64,000 nucleotides of DNA from Polyangiaceae bacterium (GTDB taxonomy: Bacteria; Myxococcota_A; Polyangia; Polyangiales; Polyangiaceae): contig JBILLK010000015.1 in NCBI GenBank assembly GCA_044376115.1, positions 96,001 to 160,000 on the forward strand. Reading direction: 5' to 3'. The notes below the pieces were generated by a model. It worked only from the letters and a program-made list of their open reading frames with translations. It ran no database searches and was not told where the DNA came from. Position numbers and translations under genes: made by a program. Below are positions 10,142-19,422 of the stretch, piece by piece; the stretch's first letter is position 1, and the number at the start of each line of letters is the position of its first letter.

Positions 10142-11305
10142 TTACTTGCAGTCCACCTGAATGAAGCGCGCCTGACCTGACGCTGCGACCGTGACGGGGA
10201 CTGCGTTCTGCTTGCCCGTCCAAAGGACCTCACCGAGCTGCGCTGGGTCAAGCGGCGCGCCGCCCAAGAGTGGTGCGAGGTCAATCGGCGGCGCAAGCTC
10301 GCTGGTAACGGCGCCAAGCGCTGCAGGTGCCGCTCGCAAATACTTGGTTGTCCCAAGCTGCGGAATGAGCTCCAAGCGCCCAGGGCCCGACGCGCCGCCA
10401 ACGACCGCTGCGGGATCTTTTAGCGTACTGGCGTGACGAACGAGCACCACCTTCGCTTGGTCGGGCGGAGGCAAAGCGCTCGGATCGCCCTCCAAGAAGC
10501 GGAGGAGAAATCCTGGACCTGCATCCGCCTGTACAGCCACCACCTCGTGCCGACTATCAATCACCCCACCTAGCTCGACGCGCACCGGACACACGTTCGG
10601 CTTGTCTTTGCTTAGCAGGTGCGAAACGACGGGCTTTGGCGGCGAAGGAGCGTTCCCCGGTAAGTACATTGGGTATTGCACGAGGTGCACCGTTCCAACG
10701 TCGGAGACGAAGTTCGTGCGCAGCACCTGCTGCGGGTCGAGCGCTGTTGCGACCGGCGGACCAACCACGCGCCCGTTTGCGTCCAAAAAGGAAGCAAACC
10801 AATGATCACCATCCGCCTCCACCGAGCGGGTGAGCACCAAGCCGCCGCCTGAAAGCGCCACCGCCACGACATCTTTGGGATCGGAAAATCGCCCGATTTT
10901 GACTGGCTTCGAGGTTGGAGCGAGATCGCTCGAGAGAAAGCGAGCGACCACCGTGCCCTGGTCCTCGAACCAAGCCGCAAGTACGCCCTCTTGACTCGCC
11001 GATAGCACCGGCCGCGAGCCAACGAGCGCTGGACCAAGCTCGACGAACGCAAGTCTGCAGTTGGGAGCGCCGGCGTTCTTGACGGTACGCGAAGGGAGCC
11101 GCAACACGCGCTTCCCAATCGGAGGAGCTTCCGGTTTGCAGGGCTCAGCTGGGAGCGGGGCCCCCAGAGTCACCTGCTGCGCTGATTCGCCCGGCGCAGC
11201 TGCCACCGCGTTGTCAACGACGCCCGGCGAAGGCTCAGCCGAACCACACGAAGCCAAGGACAAGCAGAACGATGAAAGGCCCGCGTAGCGAAGGAGGGTT
11301 GCCAT
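10142..11305 (-). CDS. Hypothetical lipoprotein
   Basis: 387-aa ORF with lipobox LSLASC; no recognised family. Confidence 0.6.
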   Translation of the reverse strand: MATLLRYAGLSSFCLSLASCGSAEPSPGVVDNAVAAAPGESAQQVTLGAPLPAEPCKPEAPPIGKRVLRLPSRTVKNAGAPNCRLAFVELGPALVGSRPVLSASQEGVLAAWFEDQGTVVARFLSSDLAPTSKPVKIGRFSDPKDVVAVALSGGGLVLTRSVEADGDHWFASFLDANGRVVGPPVATALDPQQVLRTNFVSDVGTVHLVQYPMYLPGNAPSPPKPVVSHLLSKDKPNVCPVRVELGGVIDSRHEVVAVQADAGPGFLLRFLEGDPSALPPPDQAKVVLVRHASTLKDPAAVVGGASGPGRLELIPQLGTTKYLRAAPAALGAVTSELAPPIDLAPLLGGAPLDPAQLGEVLWTGKQNAVPVTVAASGQARFIQVDCK

Positions 11306-11411
11306 CCGTGGGGCAGGTTACGCATCTGCAAGCTCGCGAGCGAGCACCACCGTCACGGGCGTGATAGGAAGCGCCCGACCACCTTCGAGACCTGCCTCAA
11401 GGGACCAAACG

Positions 11412-12797
11412 TTGACCGAAACGGCGCAAGAAAACCCCGTCCGTCTCAGCTTCAAAGCTGGAACGCTGCGCATCGACGATGCCAGCGTCGAGCTCGGCGA
11501 GAAGTATGGAATGGTGTGGGATCCTCGGGAGAATTGTCATCGCGCCAAAGCCAGCGACTATCGTCGGCTGGTTACACTGCTAACCAAGGCTGGCATCCCG
11601 TTCGTCGACGCGGCGCGCCGCTACACCGAGGAGCCGTTCAACGTGCTCGGAGAGAGGTCCCCCTTCCCTCACCAAGCGGAGGCTGTGCGAGCCTGGGAGG
11701 CGGCGTCAGGCAGTGCGGTCGTCGTGCTGCCAACTGGAGCTGGCAAGACCTTCGTAGCTGCCCTCGCGATCGCCCGGAAGAAGAGGTCCACGCTCGTCGT
11801 AGTGCCCACGCTCGATCTGATGGCGCAATGGCATGACAACCTAAGCACTACGTTTGGAACCAAGGTCGGTCTGGTCGGTGGAGGCTCGCACGAGCCAGAG
11901 GCCCTCACGGTTACTACGTATGACTCGGCCCATTTGCATATGGACCGGTTGGGTGATCGCTTTGGGCTGGTGATCTTCGACGAGTGCCATCACCTACCGA
12001 GCGGAGCCTACAGCACAGCCGCGCGCATGGCGCTCGCCCCATATCGTCTTGGGCTTACCGCAACGCCTGAGCGTAGCGACGGGCGCGAGGACGCCTATCA
12101 CGAGCTGATCGGCCCCATCTGTTATCGCAAAGACATCCGCGAGCTCTCCGGGCACTATCTCGCCCCGTACGAGACAATACGCATTGGCATTCCGCTATCG
12201 GCTGAGGAGCGCGCTGAATACGAGCGCGTACGCGCCGAGTACACTTCGTTCCTACGCAGCACCGGCATCGAGATGAGCCGCCCCGACGGCTTCTCTCAGT
12301 TCCTACTCCGAGCCTCCTTCTCCGAAGCCGGACGCAAAGCTTTACTTGCCTATCGCACGCAGCGGCGGCTGGCCTCTGGGGCTCCGGGCAAGCTGCGGCA
12401 GCTCGAACGACTACTCTTTCTCCACCGCAATGAGCGCATCCTGATCTTCACTGAAGACAACGCGACCGTCCACGAGATCGCTACTCGGCTATTGTTGCCA
12501 GCCATTACCCATCAGACAAAGGTCAAAGAGCGCTCCCGGATCCTGGCTGACTTTGCGCGCGGAGAGCTGTTCGCCATCGTTACCAGCAAGGTCCTCAATG
12601 AAGGTGTGGACGTGCCCAGCGCGAGCATCGGCATCGTGCTTTCTGGCAGCGGCTCGGTACGAGAACACGTTCAGCGGCTCGGCCGTATTCTACGTAAATC
12701 CGCGACCAAGCGCGCGATCCTCTATGAGCTCGTGGCCGGCGGGACCAGCGAGGAGCGCACTAGCGAACGGAGACGGGAACACAGTGCTTACAAGTGA
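11412..12797 (+). CDS. XPB/Rad25-like superfamily 2 helicase
   Basis: LPTGAGKT, DECHH, LGLTATPERSDGRED, LNEGVD, QRLGRILR. TTG start at 11412 after AAGGGA (alternative 11361). Confidence 0.88.
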   Translation: MTETAQENPVRLSFKAGTLRIDDASVELGEKYGMVWDPRENCHRAKASDYRRLVTLLTKAGIPFVDAARRYTEEPFNVLGERSPFPHQAEAVRAWEAASGSAVVVLPTGAGKTFVAALAIARKKRSTLVVVPTLDLMAQWHDNLSTTFGTKVGLVGGGSHEPEALTVTTYDSAHLHMDRLGDRFGLVIFDECHHLPSGAYSTAARMALAPYRLGLTATPERSDGREDAYHELIGPICYRKDIRELSGHYLAPYETIRIGIPLSAEERAEYERVRAEYTSFLRSTGIEMSRPDGFSQFLLRASFSEAGRKALLAYRTQRRLASGAPGKLRQLERLLFLHRNERILIFTEDNATVHEIATRLLLPAITHQTKVKERSRILADFARGELFAIVTSKVLNEGVDVPSASIGIVLSGSGSVREHVQRLGRILRKSATKRAILYELVAGGTSEERTSERRREHSAYK

Positions 12798-13992
12798 TCT
12801 GGTGCGCGGCCGCGTGAAGGCCGGCACGCTGCACCCTCGCTATCTCGCGCCCAAAGACTGGCCACGTTTTCTCCCGATGGCCGAGAGCTTGGTTGCGACC
12901 TTTGGTGCGATGGTGGGCGAGCCGAAGTCCGAGCTCGATCAAGCGGTGCTGGCCGTGCCGCACGGACCAAGGGACCGCTTGGTCTTCTTGGGGCTGAAGA
13001 AGCTGTGTGAAGATCGGTTGGAGCTGGCGGAGGCAAGTGAGCTCTCTCCGCCCGACGTCCGGGCCACCGTGTTTGCGCTCGCAGCTACCGCGCACCGCAC
13101 TGGGCAACCCTTCGATCGCGAGGCCGTCCTTGGCGACGCTGCGCACAAGCTCGGCGTGGCGAAAGAGCTGGTTGAGCAAGCGCTATTCGCCGATCTGCGC
13201 GAGGCTCAAGTGGCGCGTCATTGGGAGCCTATCGCGCCACGAGAGCTACTATCGGGCTACAACCTCTCCGTCGCACAGGCGGTGTTACTGCGAGCCACAC
13301 GAATGACGGTGCGGGCGAGCGATCCGCGGCCGCAGGTTTGGCGAGCCGTCTTCCGCAGCCTACGTTTCCACGGTCTTTTGCATACGATTGAGCAACAACC
13401 CGAAGGGTACGTCATCAACGTGGACGGCCCGTTTAGTATGTTTGACTCGATTCAGAAGTACGGACTTCGGATGGGGCTATTTCTGAAGTCGGCTTTAACG
13501 CTCAAAGGCGCCAACATCATAGCGGAGGTGTTGTGGGGCCAAGAGCGAACGCCGCTGCGATTCGAAGTGAGCGCCGGTGACTTTGGGGATGGCCTGCTCG
13601 AGCCTCCGCCACCTCCTCGGCCCGAGCTCGAGCAGCTGCGAGTTGCCTTTAAGGCGCTCCAATCCAGCTGGCAGGTAACGCCTTGTGAGGAGCTATTGGT
13701 TGCACGGGACGGCGGCGCGCTGATCCCTGACTTGGTCTTTACTCAGCCCAAAAAGAAGAAACTAAAGGTCTATCTCGAGCTGTTCGGCTTCTGGAGCCGC
13801 GCAGCGATCTTCAACCGAATTGCGCAGCTCCAGCTCGGTGGCCTGCCCCCGTTGATCCTGGTGGCCGGGAAGAACCTCCGGGTCAGTGAAGAGCTCGTCG
13901 ATGAAAGCGCCGATCTCGCTTCGCTCTACATGTTCAAAACCACCATCAGTGCCAAAGAGGTCCTTCGGCGGCTCGAGGCCGTCTCGGGTTAG
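12784..13992 (+). CDS. DUF790 / Bax1-like PD-(D/E)xK endonuclease
   Basis: GTG start giving MLTSDLVR, YNLSVAQAVL, VDGPFSMF..KYG, IPDLVF...YLELFGFW; 14-nt overlap with the helicase stop. Confidence 0.8.
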   Translation: MLTSDLVRGRVKAGTLHPRYLAPKDWPRFLPMAESLVATFGAMVGEPKSELDQAVLAVPHGPRDRLVFLGLKKLCEDRLELAEASELSPPDVRATVFALAATAHRTGQPFDREAVLGDAAHKLGVAKELVEQALFADLREAQVARHWEPIAPRELLSGYNLSVAQAVLLRATRMTVRASDPRPQVWRAVFRSLRFHGLLHTIEQQPEGYVINVDGPFSMFDSIQKYGLRMGLFLKSALTLKGANIIAEVLWGQERTPLRFEVSAGDFGDGLLEPPPPPRPELEQLRVAFKALQSSWQVTPCEELLVARDGGALIPDLVFTQPKKKKLKVYLELFGFWSRAAIFNRIAQLQLGGLPPLILVAGKNLRVSEELVDESADLASLYMFKTTISAKEVLRRLEAVSG

Positions 13993-14043
13993 TAAGTAGC
14001 ATCACGCTTGCGTAAAACCGCAGCTGCGATCAAGCTGCGGCCC

Positions 14044-14964
14044 ATGTCGCTGGTAGCGTTGATCAAGGGGAAGTCGGGCGCGAGTGGGTTTGGCTATGCA
14101 TCCACCGCGGAGGAAGTGACCGCTGGGCTCGACTTGCGAGGGAAGGTCATCCTGATCACGGGGGCCAACTCGGGGCTTGGTCTGGAGAGCGCTCGCGTCC
14201 TCGCGAGTCGCGGCGCACAGATCTTGGTCGCGGCTCGCACCGTGGAGAAGGCCGCTCCCATCTGTGAGAGCCTAGGGCAAGGCGCGCTGCCTATTGCCTG
14301 TGAGCTCTCGGAGCCTGCGTCTGTGCGGGCTTGCGTTGAAAGCGTGAAGGCGCTCGGGCTCAAGCTCGACGTACTACTGTGCAACGCGGGCATCATGACG
14401 CTGCCGGAGCGCACGGTCGTCCTTGGCCAAGAGCTGCAATTCCTGACCAACCACATCGGGCACTTCATGCTCGTCACCGGGCTCTTGGACCAACTCGCAG
14501 ACAACGCGCGCGTCGTTGTCCTTTCAAGCACCGCACACCGCTGGGCCCCTGCGGCAGGCATTCAGTTCGATGATCTTTCGTTGAAGTCCAACTACACGCC
14601 GCGAGGAGCTTATGGCCAAGCGAAGCTGGCTAATCTGCTATTTGCACGCTCGCTCGCGCGGCGGTTCGGCGGAACAGGGAAGACGGCCAATTCACTGCAC
14701 CCCGGGGTGATCAACACCAACCTCGGGCGACATATGAGTCCGGTGCTCCGAGCCTTGGCGCCGATCGCCAATGCGATCGCCTTGAAGACCATCCCCCAAG
14801 GAGCTGCAACGCAATGCTACGTAGCGGTCCACCCGAGCGTAGCGAGCGTGAATGGGGAGTACTTCGCCGATTGCAATATCGCGCGCAGCTCGAGCTTCGG
14901 CCGTAGTGACGCCATGGCGGACCAGTTGTGGGACGTCAGCGAGAAGATCGTCGCTGGCTTCTGA
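14044..14964 (+). CDS. Short-chain dehydrogenase/reductase (retinol-dehydrogenase/WWOX-like)
   Basis: TGANSGLG, CNAG, NHIGHF, YGQAK (YxxxK), LHPG. Confidence 0.9.
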   Translation: MSLVALIKGKSGASGFGYASTAEEVTAGLDLRGKVILITGANSGLGLESARVLASRGAQILVAARTVEKAAPICESLGQGALPIACELSEPASVRACVESVKALGLKLDVLLCNAGIMTLPERTVVLGQELQFLTNHIGHFMLVTGLLDQLADNARVVVLSSTAHRWAPAAGIQFDDLSLKSNYTPRGAYGQAKLANLLFARSLARRFGGTGKTANSLHPGVINTNLGRHMSPVLRALAPIANAIALKTIPQGAATQCYVAVHPSVASVNGEYFADCNIARSSSFGRSDAMADQLWDVSEKIVAGF

Positions 14965-14972
14965 GGTGTGCG

Positions 14973-15746
14973 CTAACGCGCAGTCTCCTCGAAGAACCGG
15001 TCCAAGACCTCCCCTACCCCGTGCAGGTGATCGACCAGCACCTGGGACACGTCGCGCAAAGAATACATCACCGTAATCAGGCCTATCCCGATCAGTAGGG
15101 GGAAGCCGACGTTGAACACCTGCAGCGAGGGGGCCATCCGAGCGACGATCGCGAGGGCGATTTGTACGATCAGGGCAATCGCGACGACGGGCATGGCGAG
15201 CCGCACCCCAATGGCGATGGCCGAGACCGTGGTATCGAGCAGCACGGGAACGGCGTCGGCAGGGTTGAACGGGGCCCCGAGCGGGACCGCTTGAAAAGAC
15301 TCAACGAGATAGGAGAGTACGATCCGATGGCTGCCCGAGGAGACGAACAGCAGCGTAGCGAGCAGCGTGAAGATGCGTGATACCACGGTATCTTGCGTAC
15401 CGAGCATTGGGTTGAAGAGGGAGGCTGAGCCGAGCCCCGTCATCTGACCGATCAATTCGCCGGCTACTTCACCAGCCGAGAGCACGACCCGGCAGATGAA
15501 GCCGACCGAGGCGCCGAGCATCAGCTCGAGCGCCATCGGCATTACGAGGGAGAGATTCAACGCAAGGTCTCGTGGCCTCTCGACGCCCAAGCTGAGCGAA
15601 AAGAACGCGAGCGCTAGGGCGAGCCCCACACGCGCCGGACGCGGAACATCCTTGCTCGGAAAGGGCGTCGTCAGCAGAAAGCCGCTCGTCCGTGAGAACA
15701 TTAGCGCGAAGGCTAAGCCCTCTCTCATCAGGAGTTCGGCCAGCAT
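14973..15746 (-). CDS. fliR: Flagellar export gate protein FliR
   Basis: Multi-TM; AGELIGQMTGLG, ARMAPSLQVFNVGFP; last gene of fliOPQR. Confidence 0.92.
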   Translation of the reverse strand: MLAELLMREGLAFALMFSRTSGFLLTTPFPSKDVPRPARVGLALALAFFSLSLGVERPRDLALNLSLVMPMALELMLGASVGFICRVVLSAGEVAGELIGQMTGLGSASLFNPMLGTQDTVVSRIFTLLATLLFVSSGSHRIVLSYLVESFQAVPLGAPFNPADAVPVLLDTTVSAIAIGVRLAMPVVAIALIVQIALAIVARMAPSLQVFNVGFPLLIGIGLITVMYSLRDVSQVLVDHLHGVGEVLDRFFEETAR

Positions 15747-15761
15747 GGCTCTATCGCTTCG

Positions 15762-16031
15762 CTATTCTACGACCGTCGCGATCGAGTCGAAGCTGGTGCG
15801 GGTATAGAGCAGCAGCTTGTCGAAGATCATTGGCCCCAGGAACAGAATGACGGCCAGCATGCCGGCTACCTTCGCCGCGTAAGCGATGGCTGGTTCATTG
15901 ATCTGCGTGGCAGTCTGAATGACGCCAACCAGGATGCCGACCACCGCAGCAACGAGCAAGAGCGGCATTGCAACGTAAAGGCTTGTCTCCACGAACCGGG
16001 TAATCAGCGATATGGCGCCATCGGTTGTCAC
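15762..16031 (-). CDS. fliQ: Flagellar export gate protein FliQ
   Basis: 89 aa; VGILVGVIQTATQINE...K motif. Confidence 0.92.
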   Translation of the reverse strand: MTTDGAISLITRFVETSLYVAMPLLLVAAVVGILVGVIQTATQINEPAIAYAAKVAGMLAVILFLGPMIFDKLLLYTRTSFDSIATVVE

Positions 16032-16687
16032 GTAAAGCTCCTTACAAGGGAGTGAACCAGCATGTGCCAGCCATCCACCAAGACAAACACGAGCAGCTTG
16101 AGCGGAAGGCTGATCTGCGACGGCGGCACCATCATCATGCCCATGCTCATCAAGCCTGAGCTCACCGCTAAGTCGATGACCAAGAACGGTAGCAGCACCA
16201 AAACACCCATCTCGAACGCGGTCGTCAACTCACTAACGACGAAGGCTGGCGCTGCGATACGGATCGGCACTTCCCCTTCTGTCTTGGGCAGCGGATGCCC
16301 GGAGATGTCGTAAAAGAGCGCCAAGTCGGCTTCGCGCGTCTGCCGGAGCATGAAGCTCTTGATTGGCGCGAGACCACGGTCGATAGCCTCCATCTGGCTG
16401 ATCTCACCGCGCTGGAAGGGCTCATAAGCATCGCTCATGACCTTCTCGGCGACCGGCGCCATCGTGAACATCGTGAGAAACAGCGCCAACCCCACCAGGA
16501 CCTGCGTGGGTGGAGACTGCTGTGAACCGATACCCTGACGAACGAAGGAGAGGACGATGATGAAGCGCGTGAAGCTCGTCATCGTGAGGATGATTGCCGG
16601 CAGCAGCGACAGCAGGGTCAGCAGCAGCAGCACCGAGAGCTGCGGCGACAAGCCCAGCTTGCTCATGTCGGGCAAGCCACCCATCAC
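16028..16687 (-). CDS. fliP: Flagellar export gate protein FliP
   Basis: MTSFTRFIIVLS, PPTQVLVGLALFLT, PAFVVSELTTAF, MGMMMVPP, LVDGW. Confidence 0.95.
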   Translation of the reverse strand: MMGGLPDMSKLGLSPQLSVLLLLTLLSLLPAIILTMTSFTRFIIVLSFVRQGIGSQQSPPTQVLVGLALFLTMFTMAPVAEKVMSDAYEPFQRGEISQMEAIDRGLAPIKSFMLRQTREADLALFYDISGHPLPKTEGEVPIRIAAPAFVVSELTTAFEMGVLVLLPFLVIDLAVSSGLMSMGMMMVPPSQISLPLKLLVFVLVDGWHMLVHSLVRSFT

Positions 16688-17703
16688 GCACCTCGCTTCG
16701 CCCCGAGACCACGTACCTGACCCTCGAGCTGCCCGTAGTCACGTGCACGGTTGCGCTTGGCTGCCAAAGACGTCGGCTGCGAGTTGCTGGATACGGCTGA
16801 GAAGCGCGGCGTTCGTTCCTCGGACTCGGCGCGCGCGCTGGCCAGTAGCCGATTGAGGCTCTCCTCCATATCCGACGACTTGCTCGACGGGGCAAAACCC
16901 GACTTCTCACGGTTCATGGTGTTGTTTGGCTCGCGGGGCGGGAAGCGAAGCGGATTGGCCTCGGGGTCTCGCTGCGGGGTCTCGCGGCTACCACCAAACT
17001 CGCGCATATGGTCACGGAAGGCCGCCGGCTCACGGAAGCCATTCGAAGACTCCCGCGCAGCGGGCTCGCGATTCATCGACGTTTCACGATTCATCGAGGT
17101 CTCGCGAATCATCGACTCGCGATTGGACGCACGGCCCAAATCACGCACGACGTCGCGCTCGCTTTGCGGCTCACGCAGGTCGTCATCGATCTCATGCGCG
17201 CCGACCTTCGGCTCATCGGATAGTACGGTAAGGGTCGTGAGCGACGACGGGGTGACGCCGACCAACAGGCGCTGACCGTCAATCTCGACGACCATCAGGG
17301 AAGAGCGACCGCCGATCGAAGTGCGACCTACCACGCGAGCCATCGGCCCCGTTGGCAGGACGCCGCGCGCGCCGTTCTTTCGACGGTATAACAAGTAGGC
17401 GCCGGCAAACGCGACAGCGACCAAGCCCACCTTGGGACCCCAGCCGATGCCCTCGCTGGTGGGACGCAACTCGAGCGGGCTGCCTTCAGCGGGCTTACGC
17501 AGATTGAGCGGTTGCTGAGGCTCGCTGGCGGGTGCCGGACGCTCGGCCTCGGGGACCTCGAGCATGGGCGGACCAACAATCGGCTTTTGGGCGTCTTGGG
17601 CCCAGGCAGAAGTCATAAATCCGACGGTCGGTGTCAAACCGATGACGCCGATAGCCAGACTTTTCACCGAACGACGCCAGATATTGCTACGAAACACGCT
17701 CAC
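16684..17703 (-). CDS. fliO: FliO with N-terminal signal-like segment and long low-complexity C-terminal tail
   Basis: TM followed by RVVGRTSIGGRSSLMVVEIDGQRLLVGVTPSSLTTL (FliO core); position between fliN and fliP. Confidence 0.8.
   Translation of the reverse strand: MSVFRSNIWRRSVKSLAIGVIGLTPTVGFMTSAWAQDAQKPIVGPPMLEVPEAERPAPASEPQQPLNLRKPAEGSPLELRPTSEGIGWGPKVGLVAVAFAGAYLLYRRKNGARGVLPTGPMARVVGRTSIGGRSSLMVVEIDGQRLLVGVTPSSLTTLTVLSDEPKVGAHEIDDDLREPQSERDVVRDLGRASNRESMIRETSMNRETSMNREPAARESSNGFREPAAFRDHMREFGGSRETPQRDPEANPLRFPPREPNNTMNREKSGFAPSSKSSDMEESLNRLLASARAESEERTPRFSAVSSNSQPTSLAAKRNRARDYGQLEGQVRGLGAKRGA
17069..17125. repeat. Imperfect 15-18 bp coding tandem repeat in the fliO tail (RESMI-RETSMN-RETSMN)
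   Basis: Recurring cgattcatcga/cgaatcatcga units. Confidence 0.6.
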
Positions 17704-17990
17704 GTTGCACCCTCGCTTCCTGCTGAGAGCTCGGTAATGCGAACTCCATACCGATCGCCAACGACGATCGCTTCGCCTCGTCCGAGCAGCTGGTCGTTCA
17801 CGTAAATGTCCACGGGTTCACCGGCGGCCTTGCCCAGCTCGAGGGTTTGGCCGGGGGCTAGCCGCAGAATGTCGGCGATCCGTTTGCGGCAACGACCGAT
17901 CTCGACGGTGATCTCGACCTCGACGTCGCGAAGAACGTGGAATGCGCCGTGATCGATGATTGCGGCAGGCTCGCCATTTGCGCCACTCAT
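17700..17990 (-). CDS. fliN: C-ring protein FliN
   Basis: DVEVEITVEIG...GEPVDIYVN...GEAIVVGDRYGVRIT (SpoA domain). Confidence 0.95.
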   Translation of the reverse strand: MSGANGEPAAIIDHGAFHVLRDVEVEITVEIGRCRKRIADILRLAPGQTLELGKAAGEPVDIYVNDQLLGRGEAIVVGDRYGVRITELSAGSEGAT

Positions 17991-18916
17991 GCAGGTACCT
18001 CTCGGGATGTTTCAATCATTACGGCTTCGATCTCGCGCGGGCGGGGCTCCGGCGCTGCGAGACGCGGCTCCTCGAGCCGCTCCAAAACAGTGACAGCCAG
18101 CTGGGTTCCGCTGGTGGTCGGTCGGGCTCGCAAGAGCGGCCGCCCTTGAATGCGAACGAGCACAGGCGAGCGAACCGGAGTCTCGAGCCGAATCACGTCC
18201 CCCACCCGCAAGGCGTCAATAACGCTTAGTCGCCTGCGAACACGGCCGAGTTCGGCCACCAAGTCGAGCTCCACCTGGGAGAGGATGGCCGGCATCTTGG
18301 AGGCGGTTTCACCTTTACGGGCGCCGGGGAAGACGCCGCCTGCCATCGAAGAAAGCGCGTCGCGCGTTACCCCGATAAAGATCCGACGCTCTTTGTTGCC
18401 ACCGATCGCTAGCCCAAGCACCGCGAACTCGCCCTCTTTGGGCAGGCCGCTTTCGTTGGGTAGCTTGCGCAGGCGCAGGCCCAAGCCGAACATCGCGTCG
18501 GAGATCAGCCGGGCAATCGGGTCAGTGACCCGAGACATGGCGGCTTTCTGCGCCGCCGTTAGGTCAGTCACCGGTGGCAGATCATCCGCGTCCAGATCTC
18601 CACCCAAGGCCGCTTCAAGCAAGTAGCCAATAGCGCCCGGGTCGAACAGGATGAAGGCTCGTGAACCGCCGGGGTCCGTCGCTAGGGGGATATGATAGTG
18701 CGGCTCCGCTACCCCGGTAAGCAGCTCACTCGCCTTGCATAGCCGCGCCGGCTCCGGATCCACAGTGACGCCTTTGCGCATGAGGATCGGGACGGCGCGT
18801 CTCACCGCGCTTTCGAAGTCCCGCGCCCGCCCGTCGATCTGGGACAGAACACGAGGCCCAGCCCCGTTTTGTCCCGGGTCGGAGAGCAGGCTGCGGATGT
18901 CCTTCGCTTCGCTCAT
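17987..18916 (-). CDS. fliM: C-ring protein FliM (divergent)
   Basis: Middle domain with LEAALGG and LTAAQ, C-terminal SpoA (VELDLVAELG...LRVGDVIRL); between fliL and fliN. Confidence 0.85.
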   Translation of the reverse strand: MSEAKDIRSLLSDPGQNGAGPRVLSQIDGRARDFESAVRRAVPILMRKGVTVDPEPARLCKASELLTGVAEPHYHIPLATDPGGSRAFILFDPGAIGYLLEAALGGDLDADDLPPVTDLTAAQKAAMSRVTDPIARLISDAMFGLGLRLRKLPNESGLPKEGEFAVLGLAIGGNKERRIFIGVTRDALSSMAGGVFPGARKGETASKMPAILSQVELDLVAELGRVRRRLSVIDALRVGDVIRLETPVRSPVLVRIQGRPLLRARPTTSGTQLAVTVLERLEEPRLAAPEPRPREIEAVMIETSREVPA

Positions 18917-19404
18917 TGGGTAATCAAGTCGGTGATCAGAACTTGAGATGCAGCAACCGCGCCGACGGCGTGCCAGCGAGCGATCAGCTCTTTGCGCATG
19001 GCGTCGGTGTTCTCTTGATCGGCGATGCGGTCGAAGGTCTGCGACCGCAGATAGGCCAAGGTCACATCCCGCACGCGCGGGATGAACACCTTGAAGTCGT
19101 CCTCTTTGGACTCACGCGTCAACTCGATGGCGATCGTCAACTTGATGGCGCGCGGCTTACCCTCAGCGTCAGGAATGTTGGCGATGAAGGGCTCGAGCGG
19201 GACGGTGGGTCCGGGCGGCGCGAACTTGGGCTTCTCCGGCTCGTGATGGTCCGCCGGTTTGGAGGCCGCGCGGGCACCGCCGTAGGCTGCGCCCCCGGCC
19301 AGGACCGCCGAGAGCACCACGCCCACGATGACCATGGAGCTGCCGCCCTTCTTGCCACCTTCGGCCTTGGCGCCTTCGGGTGCGTCTTCTTTCTTTTCAC
19401 TCAT
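18913..19404 (-). CDS. fliL: Stator-associated protein FliL
   Basis: Single N-terminal TM, LEPFIANI, PRVRD, VLITDLITQ C-terminus. Confidence 0.88.
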   Translation of the reverse strand: MSEKKEDAPEGAKAEGGKKGGSSMVIVGVVLSAVLAGGAAYGGARAASKPADHHEPEKPKFAPPGPTVPLEPFIANIPDAEGKPRAIKLTIAIELTRESKEDDFKVFIPRVRDVTLAYLRSQTFDRIADQENTDAMRKELIARWHAVGAVAASQVLITDLITQ

Positions 19405-19422
19405 GGTCTAGCTCACTGATGG

